Assembly: GCA_964035575.1 (NCBI GenBank)
Contig: OZ037839.1
Span: 806,001 to 870,000 of the forward strand
DNA length: 64,000 bases
Source: Rhynchopus sp. YZ270_cl-10
Lineage: Eukaryota
Direction of reading: 5' to 3'
Below the pieces are notes generated by a model. The model ran no database searches. It saw only the letters and a list, made by a program, of their open reading frames with translations, and was not told the DNA's origin. The position numbers and the translations under genes were made by a program. Position 1 is the stretch's first letter. Every line of letters begins with the position of its first letter. Shown here in pieces: positions 1 to 9,600 of the stretch.

Positions 1-119
1 TCATAAAGTTATCATACCTTGTGTCTTCAGTCTCTGCCCTTCGGTTTCTAGACAGCTCAAGAATGGCCTCTTTTGTGTTTGTCAAGTGGCTGTCTGGTCA
101 CTTTTCAGTGACTGGCGGG

Positions 120-366
120 TTGGCTGTCACGACTTTTTCCTTGACAAATTCCATTTTTTTCAATGACATTTTTTTGTCAATGAAAAAATGGATTTGTCAC
201 GAAATCGAATTTTTTTTTGTCAATGAAAAAAGTCATTTGTCACTAAATTGAATTTTGTGTGTCAATGAAAAAATCGGCTTGTCACGAAATCGATTTTTTT
301 TTGTCACGAAATCGAATCTTTCAAAAAAATTCCGTGACAAAGTACCGTGACAAATCGGTGTCACGG
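120..366. repeat. Cluster of tgtcacgaaatcg / tgtcaatgaaaaaa motifs, probable TE subterminal repeats
   Basis: The motif recurs in both orientations and resembles the tgtcacgaaat core of the 55017 MITE TIR. Confidence 0.5.
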
Positions 367-601
367 GTATTTTCGAGGCCGAAATCGAACTTTTCTCTTA
401 TTTTTTTGATTATTTTTTCCCCAGGATTTATTTTAAAGGATTGCCTGCTTGGAAAAACAAGAATCCCTCCCCTCCCTCCTTCCTTTTTTTTTTTCACTCC
501 TCCTTCAACCTCCTTGGTACAAACAATGATTTCGGTCAAACCAACGTTCCTTTTTATAATCCCCTCCTCCTCCCTCCTCCTTCTCCCCACTCCACCATTT
601 T

Positions 602-3600
602 TTAAAGCAAATGTGTATAATCTTCGAAGTCGTCTTCATCGCCAGGATCTCCTGTACCTAAGGCAGGTGGTGCCGACTCATCAACCGAGCCACGGACACG
701 GTAGTCTGTGTCGATGTCCGTACAGTTGTTGATGGCGTAGAGCAGCTTCTGCTTTAGGATCTCCGCAGATGAGTAGTTCGGGAGGGAAATCCAGAAGAAG
801 CAGGTACTCGCAACGGGAAGGAATTCATCAGGCTTGTCAACAAGAAGAGGCATAATCTTCAGCTTCACAGGCGCACGCTCCCTCCCCGACACAAATCGCA
901 GGAACAGACAGCGCTCCCGAGTAGTAAACCCCCCGAGCACTTCCCAGAGATATTTGCAGCGGGTGTCATCGGGGGAAATGCCTTCATAACGCGACTGAGT
1001 CTTGAGTTCTTGGACATCCCAGACAGGAGACCCACAGACAAGACGTTCCAACTCGCAGGCATCGAAGAGGTGCGCAAAATGCTTTGGTAGCACACTGTGA
1101 AACCCATTGAGAAGCTCCTGCACTAGGTCGTCTGACTCCGCAAGGCGCTTTTGAATCGCTAGCTTGACGTAAAGGTCGCGATTTGCCCAGGTAATGCCCA
1201 CCCCAGCACCCCCTGGAAGGAGCTCCTCTTCCTCCCCGGTTGAGTTCTCTGTCGTAAAATTCCCGTCAAAAACGGAGCCAAACGTTTCTTCTGTTACCCC
1301 CTCTTCATCTAAGCGTAGCAAGCAAAGCAACGACGACATAACAGATTTATCTACCGATTCTAGATCCGTTGCGGACACAGTATCACCCGACAGAGCCTTC
1401 CAAATGAGAGGAGAAATGTACAACGGAAGCGGCTCGCATGTACGCATGCACGCTGCCATGAGCTTTCCCAAGAAGCGGCTGAGGGAGCGCAGCAGCTGGG
1501 TGGGTTTTGTGTTTAGCACCATCCGATCGCGGTGGCTGCCGATGTTGTTTTTCGAGTTTGGTGAGGGGCGGAATAAGGGAATAATCTCTGGGGTCATCAG
1601 CTCGCTGCATAGCTCTGCCAGACACTCGCGGTACGGCCCTCCTACATCCTCTGCACCTTCCCCTTGAAAGGACACACTCCAGAACCTCTTTGAAGAAAAA
1701 AACATCGACTGCGGCTTTCCAGACAACAACGAATGCAACTGCCCAAACAGCGTTGACTCGATTTGCCCCTGCTGCTTCAGACGCCTATTCAAAATTACCT
1801 TAGGCTGTTGAGGTTCTACAAGAGAATTTGTTAAAAAGACGTGAGCCTGAAGCAACGTCGACGTTGTAGTAGACAACAGAAGCGACTTCATGCGTAATGC
1901 AGCCTCTGCCAGCATCCCCTTAGGCCGTACTGTCTCTGTCAAATCTAAGAATGGGTAAATTGCGCGGAAAATCTGATTAAAATGCCGTAAAATAACTACT
2001 CTAGTGTACAACTGCTCAAACGCGACACCCTGCAGACCAAAAGAGCGAAGAGATGACGCATTCAAAAGCTCCTTCAAACGGAGATTAAAAATATTCTGTC
2101 TGCTAGCATCACAAAGAGAGTTTACCAACGAAACAATCGCAACGTCTTGAGTAAAAACGCTCTTATAAGGCCAGGTATCCGGTAAAGCGGACGAATCCGC
2201 GACGTTCCATCCATCAATTTGCTGTAAAATCGGCCATTTTACTCCCATCCCTTTATACCCATGGGGAAGGTAGATGAAGGGTTCTGCACCGAAATTGAAT
2301 GCAACGCTGTTGTCAGGATCCATCGAGACTGCTGGGTAGTACCATTCATTGACGGAGAGCCCGGTGAAGGCTTCGCATGATTGACTACGTGTAATTGGAC
2401 CCCCGTTGAGCGTGAATCGCATGGACATTGCATCAAGGTCGAGAAGACAACCTACTATATCCCCTTCACGCCAGGTCCGAGATCCAGCTTGGTGATGTTC
2501 TTTTCGATGACGAAGGAGGAGACGGCATCCATCATATGCCCAAGACTTTGCATCATCGCCAACCCCTTTCGCTCTGACCGGGTCCGGTTGGAATGCTTCT
2601 GTAACCCACCCAAGCTGTACTAAGCCATCTGATACCATGGTAGCCTCGTAGTACCACTTTCCTGAGCGAGATATTTTGCATGAGGCGCGTGCAGTGCATG
2701 CTGTCGCAAGGGATTTGATGTGTGTCATATTGTCGATTTTTGGCCGGCCATCCAACGCAACCATCTCCACCACGTCAACCCCTTCCCTGGTCAATCTATT
2801 CGGCATATTATCCTTCTCCATTCCATTAAAGAAGATCGGAAGCGGCTTTCCATGCAACATCGCCTCGCTGGTTGACAGAAACGCCATGAACCTTTGTACC
2901 GGCATACCCGGCAAAACATTTGCATAAGAAAACGGCAAATAATCGGGGCCCGGAAGATACGAAAACGGGGTATCCCCAAAGTTGACATCAACGGAAGAGG
3001 ACCCCACCGTGATTGTTGGGAAGAACGCAATATTGGGCAACGCGGTGAATGCTGGGCCTAGTGGTCGTCCATTGATGGCATATGAGATTTCGCGTGCATA
3101 CAGATCGATATAGCAGCCTACAACGTCACAGCCCTTCCACTTCGTTGCCTTATCGGTATCTGCGGGGTACAGCGCCCTGTCACCACCATGATAACGGTAG
3201 CCTCTATTCCCGCAAAACGCCCATGAGTTTTGACATTCACCGCACGCAGTGTCAATCTGCTCGCAGGCCCACCCGATGTACACCGGCTCCGGACTCATCA
3301 GACGAACCTCAAAATACCACTTCCCCAGGGTAACTCCACTACTGCCTTGAACCGTTCGCCAGACCCCTTCGGAAAATACTAAAGATTTTCCTCGAACGGT
3401 GGTTTCACAGACACAGTGTAATGCAGTGTTGAGTGACGGTGGGGCATTTTGTAAGGAAGGTCGAATTGAAGGTGTAAGATAACAACGTTGTTTAGCCTCT
3501 TGTAAAGTAGGGTCCGGGAGGTTGTAGGGGTTTTTGCGTTCGAATATTTGAGAGGATATTTCGCAGGAAACTGCAACCTCAGCGAGGGTTTGGATCTGAC

Positions 3601-6600
3601 GGGAAAGACCTTTTGCGCAGGATGGGGGGATTCCGGAGACATTTGATCGTTCTTGTTTGAGCTGTGCGTACGAAGTGGATTGGAGAGCGCGGAGCATCGG
3701 TTTGAGATCTGGCAGGGCAGTTGCCGCAAAGGAAGCGGCATGCTTCCCTAACAACACCGCAAGCAGCTCTAAGGGAAGCTCCCGTCTCCTGCCCACCTCT
3801 CTGTGAGCGACAGCGATAAGATGTGCTACGGTCGTTGATGTGCAAAACGCCTGCTTATCAATCACCTTATCACATCCCAACAGTGTATGCAGCATTTCGC
3901 AAGCAAGCTCTAACCTTGGTGTTTTCGCCGACACCGTAAAAAGATACCCCCAATAAGAAGGCGCAGAGCAATCTCCTGTAAACCTTATGCAAAATGCTGG
4001 GGATTTCTCAACATTGAGTGACGTCCAATTTCCTTGCGCATCCGGGAATTTTGAGATTTGGGATTTCTGCGTTCTGTCCCCATATAGGTAAAGGTAATCA
4101 AGCGTCTTGCATCGCGCATCAAAGTCTAACGTATACGAAGAAGTTCCAGGAACATTAATGGTTCTGAGAATGACGTCGGTTGGCGAATATGGGTGTGTTG
4201 GGGTTTCGTAAATGTAACGATCAGGTCCACTTTCCATGAGGCCAAGACATCCTGAGACAAATGCACTGACAGATTCTGCATCGGGTTGTGTGGCGGCCCA
4301 GGATTTAACGGTGGTTTGAATTGATGAGATTGCCCCGTCAGCGAGGCCTGTTGTTGAGAGTTTCGCGAAGGAGGCAAGCGTTGAAGGTAAGTGCAGGGCA
4401 CTTTCCGCTACATTGTCGAAGAAGTGTTTTGAATCAACGTCCCAAAGCTTTGATTGTTCGCTTCCGAGAAGAACGTCGGAGAGGGAAGAAAGAGCTTGGC
4501 GTGCGTGGAGGACACATAGTGTTGTGTCTACACTGCACACCTCCTGCGCAATTTTCCCTAAAGAGGAGGTCGCGGAAAAGGCGGCAATCCATTCTGTACG
4601 CGGAATGTCCGGTTCTGGCGCTTCCTCTGTGAGAATCACAGCGCGGAGTGCATCTTCCGTCTCCCAGACGAGCTTCGCTGCGCCAACCTCGGGCACCATT
4701 TTGGGCAGCCCAATGCACTCCCATCGGAACCCTTTTGATAGAATCGCAGTACTCTCCGAGGCATCGCAATGCAAAGTATCACCACACCCCTCTTTCATTG
4801 AAAAGCAGAACACAACGTTCTCCGTATGCATCGGTCGAGGGAACTCCGCAAACGTAACTTCATCCGATAGAGCCTGAGCGACCCCCGACGGAAGCTGCAC
4901 ATCCCACATCCGCACCAACGAAAACGCTATGCTCACGCACGGATGCATCTCCGTCACAGCCTCTGCCAACCCCGGTCCTAATGTCACCTCTTCCCCTTCT
5001 CCCATCGAACCTTCCACCCGGAACACCGGGGTTTTATCACACCACACCTCAGAGTATTCTCCGCTCACAACAACCAGATGCACCCATCCTGCCCTCACCG
5101 GAATGCTCCCTTCAAATCCATGACACGAAACGACAAGAGATGTTTCGTTTACCACGACCTCCAGGGACCCGGTGGATAAGACTCGAAGAGGGAGAATCGG
5201 GGGAGCATCGGGGTGCAGGCTGGTTCGGTTAAACAATCCTTTTCCTTCTATTTTGATGAAACATTCTAAGGTATATCCGGCCTCCGGTTTGCGTGAGAGA
5301 GGAATTGAAAGTGATCCGGTCGCAGTTGGTCCAAAAGAAATGCAGTGTTTTAAGGGCGTAGGGGTGAGCGTCTCGCAGGCAGGGAGCGAGGAAACATCCT
5401 GGGCGCGCCGTTCTTCGACCACCAAATCCATTTGCACTGCGGCGGCGATACTGTCAGTATTATCCATTAACAGGGCCGCAGCTTTGTCGCTGTCATCTCT
5501 AGTCATTTCCAGCGCTTTTGTACATAATGGAACCGAAAACCCATGCAAAATATGGCTTAAATCCTCTGCCGCCGCTTTTCTCGCCTTTTTCTCTGCAGAT
5601 TCCACAGTCGGTAATGAGACTACAGGGGGTACTGCGCGTTGCATGGTCGGTCGGTGTACCGGAACGGCTAACTCCTCCTCCGCTGCTTTATCCTTCCCGG
5701 CAAGCAATGAATGTAAATACAACGACTTCGCCTCCATCTCGTCTGCCGTCCCTGCCTCTCTTTGCGGCTCCCTGCTTAAAAAGGCAAGAATCTGGAGGAC
5801 CCTACCGTCTGAATCTCCTCTCATTTTCCCGACCAAACTCACAGCGCAAGCAGGAATAGACATATACAATGCCAAACACCGCAACACCTTCGATAAAACG
5901 TACGACGTCGTCAAACACTGACCCAAAATTTCTGGAAAAAATTGGGTCGAAGAAATGGTATCCGGCGCGAGACTGAAGAGGAGATTTGAGGCCATATCCA
6001 AAATATCAGAAAAGGTGGTTCCATCGAGGTGAGGAGCTGGGGTGGTACGGAGGGTGTTGATGCTGACCTCGGTTTCTGGGGAGGAAAGACCGAGATCTGC
6101 GCCGACGATGGTCGCGGTGGGTCCGTTTACGTCTACGACAACGACATTCGACTTTGTAGCGGGGGGCATGGGGAGGTGCTCGGCTTCTACTCCAGCACGC
6201 AATGACGTCGCAGATCCGGCCACAACATTGATTGCAAGAATAAAAATCTTCACCTTCTTATCATTCAACCCCAAAGCAAAGCTTGGTGGAGATGCCAGCA
6301 CCGACTTCACCCACGCTCCTACAAAGGCCTGCCAGGTCCGATTTTTCAAAAATAATTGTTGCAGCAGCGCCTGCGCTTCATCTCCTGCCGACATCACATG
6401 ATACCCCCCTTGTACCTCTTCATCTGCACCAGCATTCGGCGTCGTTAACGTCCCAGCCGCAATTTCAACCAACAAACGAATCACCTTTGCACCCCCTGTC
6501 GTCTCCAATGATGCCTTCCCTTTCCCCACTGGTAATGCGGTTTTGGGGAAATCTGCAGCCTCCGGTAGATCTATATCCGCAAGACCTTGGTCAGCTTGTT

Positions 6601-9600
6601 CAATGGAAAGATGTTGGAGGAGCACGCGAATGTTTGTCATCGCGTGTTTGCTGATTTTCGCGAAATGAGCGGGGAGGAAGACGCAGGCGGTTAAAAGGGG
6701 CAAATATTCTACGAGGTTAAGCCCTTCGTACACTCCGTTTGAGACTGCTTGGAGAACGCCAGCGAGAACGGTCAGGAGGTACTGTATATGGGCAACGTGG
6801 GTTTCGACTCTGGAGGTGTCCGTGGTAGGTTCGCGGAGGACTTCGATACTGTGTTTGAGGTCGTGCGAGATGCATTCTAGGGTTTGCGCTAAGAACCGCG
6901 ACGTCGCCTTCATCAGACCAGGATGCACATTGTTCTGCAACGCCATCGCCGACTGCAACGCGCACGCATTAAACAGCGAAGCCGCAACCCGCACTGTGGT
7001 TTCATTTCCATTATCCTCAATCCTTTCTTCCCCATCCTTCCCCCATTTTGACACAATATTGAATAGCAAAACCGGCAAATTGATGGACCGGAGAAACGCA
7101 AAATCCATGACATCCCATCTACAATTCAACATCCGTAACACCAAATTGCATTGAACCTGCGAGATAGAGTCAGTAGGAGGCAACGACGAGGCGAGAGGTG
7201 CCACAGCTATTTTGAGCAACGTATAGACCCCTTCTTGCACAATGCTGGAAACGGTAGGACCAGCTCCTTGGATTCCTGAGGTATAGTGAAAGGCAGCAAG
7301 CACCTTTGCAGCCACCCGAAGCGACTCCAACCGGGTTGCGCACGACCCGCTCTCCAGAGACTGCGTGAGGTACTCCAATCCCTCTGCCCGCAGGGCCCCC
7401 TGCTGCTGCCGGAGCTGCACCTCCGCCTCAATCTCCTTCTCCTGCACCCTCGCGGAAAAATACTTCAGCAGCAGGTCCAGCCCCGTATCCTCATCCTCCT
7501 TGCTGTTCAACACCAATAATCTCTGCATTTTCTTTATCGCACGCCATCCATAAAACATCGACCTCCAGCTATTCGGCGGCAATACCTTGGACTTCCTCTT
7601 CGAGGCAGACAGCAACGCTTTCAGCACTACTTTGTTCTCCAAAGGGCTGGGTGCGTGGTGGAATTTTAACACAAATTTGCACATTTCGGTGATTTGAAGC
7701 AGTGCGGTGCCGTCTTCAGCTTCGACAATGAATTCCATATCCATAATTGGCGGGGGAATGTCAAAGGTTGATGTAGCTGGCAGCTCTCTCTCATGTCTTA
7801 TGTGCATTAACCAGCCAATCAGCATTTCTACCTTTTGAAAACGCCATTTTAGGCCTTGAGGGATGGATTCGGGGCAAATAGGTTTTCCTTGCGCTTCGGG
7901 AAAATCACAGCGAGAGTCGCGGACAAGCACAGCGTAGATATGCCGCATTGTGTTTTCAATTTCATTTGCAACAGCAGGGGTGGATGGAGGGGAGGCAGTA
8001 CCTCCTTCATCCGACGTGGTGCTCGACCTCCTGAAGATCTGTCCACCCGACGCTGTCGTTGACGTGCTTTTCAGATGCGCCCATAATGCTGCACCATCTC
8101 CTGTGTTCTGTACAATCTCATCGCAAAGCCGCAACCTCGGAGATGGTGAAGCCTCCGACGGGGTCTCCCGCAGGCCGCCAGAAAAGAGAGACGACGAAAC
8201 CCATCCAGCAATCGCTTCGTCTCCAGTCGTGGTTTGCTTTTTGCCACCGCTCTTTCCCTCAAAATCGATCATTTGCCCTGCAATCCTTGCCGCAACGTAT
8301 CCCATACAGAGTTTAAAGGTAAAAAGCCAGTGTGGTTGATCTTCTGCACCCAGGCTTTCGTCAGAAGAAGGGTTTTGGTCTGGGGTAGAAGGGGACTCCC
8401 AATTTGCATCCCACGATTGTTCGACGGAAATGATCTGGTCTCGGATGCAGTCCAGCTGGCAAACACTCTCAAGCTGTTCTGTGATGTCCCTGAGCAATGA
8501 GAGGGCCCGCTTTCGAGATTCAAACCCAGAAAACAGTGGTAAAGATATAGCGGCGAAACCCAACGCTCTCGCAGGGGCTGACCACTGTAGGAGGCTGATA
8601 CCAAAGGCTTTGTCCGCACCCTTATCAGCCTCCTTCACCATCCGACAGACGTGAGTTAATAACTCTGCATGCAGTTCGATGATCTTAATGTAAAGTTCTT
8701 GAGCCTCAGGGCGTGCCTTCTGTCTGCTGATTCTCCCCAAGATGGCGGTCTGGAAACTCACAATGGCGGAGGAAATTGAAGATGGTTTTCCTGGAATTAT
8801 TCCGTTTTCTTTGACGGATTGTAGTTCTGAGAATGAAGCCTGGGTTAAAAGCTTTAAAAAGGATTCGATCCCTTTGGTATCATCGCCGAAGGAGAGGAGG
8901 ACCTCCATTGCTTGTTGAAATTCGGCAACGTGGAGGCATACGACTTCGATGATTGGGGAGCATGCCAGCGAAGCTTTTGAGAGCAGATCGCAGATGAATG
9001 TCAGCATTTCCTTCGCAGGGCGGAAGAAGAGTTGCAGCCCTTCCGCAAGCGCCTCGCTTGCCTCCCTCCCTTCACGACTCCCCTTCTCCTCCATCAACTC
9101 CAGGAGCAGCTCGTACAAACACCTACCTGTATTCGCTGTCCCATCATGCTGTAGGTTGTAAACAGTAGGGTCCACTCCGGTCTTCCTCAAAACCCTAAAA
9201 TTCGCTCTCAAAACCCTTAAACATGATAACAGAAGGGTGCTTTCATTACGCTGTTTGATGCACACCGTAATAAGCTTCTGAAGCAATGCGAAGAGCTCCG
9301 CGCAAGGGTCAATGGAGAGAATCTGAAACGAAACCGCCCATTCATAGGTCATATACTTTGACGCCCTGTCGTTCAGCGCTTGGGCAAGCTTTTCTACCGC
9401 GTATTCTGAGGTGATTGTTTGGCCCACGGCGTAGTCTTCACTTGAAGGCATAACCGGGGTTGGTACAGAGCACGGTGCAGGCGTCCAGCAAAGAACCTGA
9501 AAGGTCGTAGAAGAATACCAGACTCCGTTGTGAAGACAGTCGAAATGGCATGCACTGTCCACGGGAGGTGCGACCAGCTCCGATCGTGCTAACAACGTTC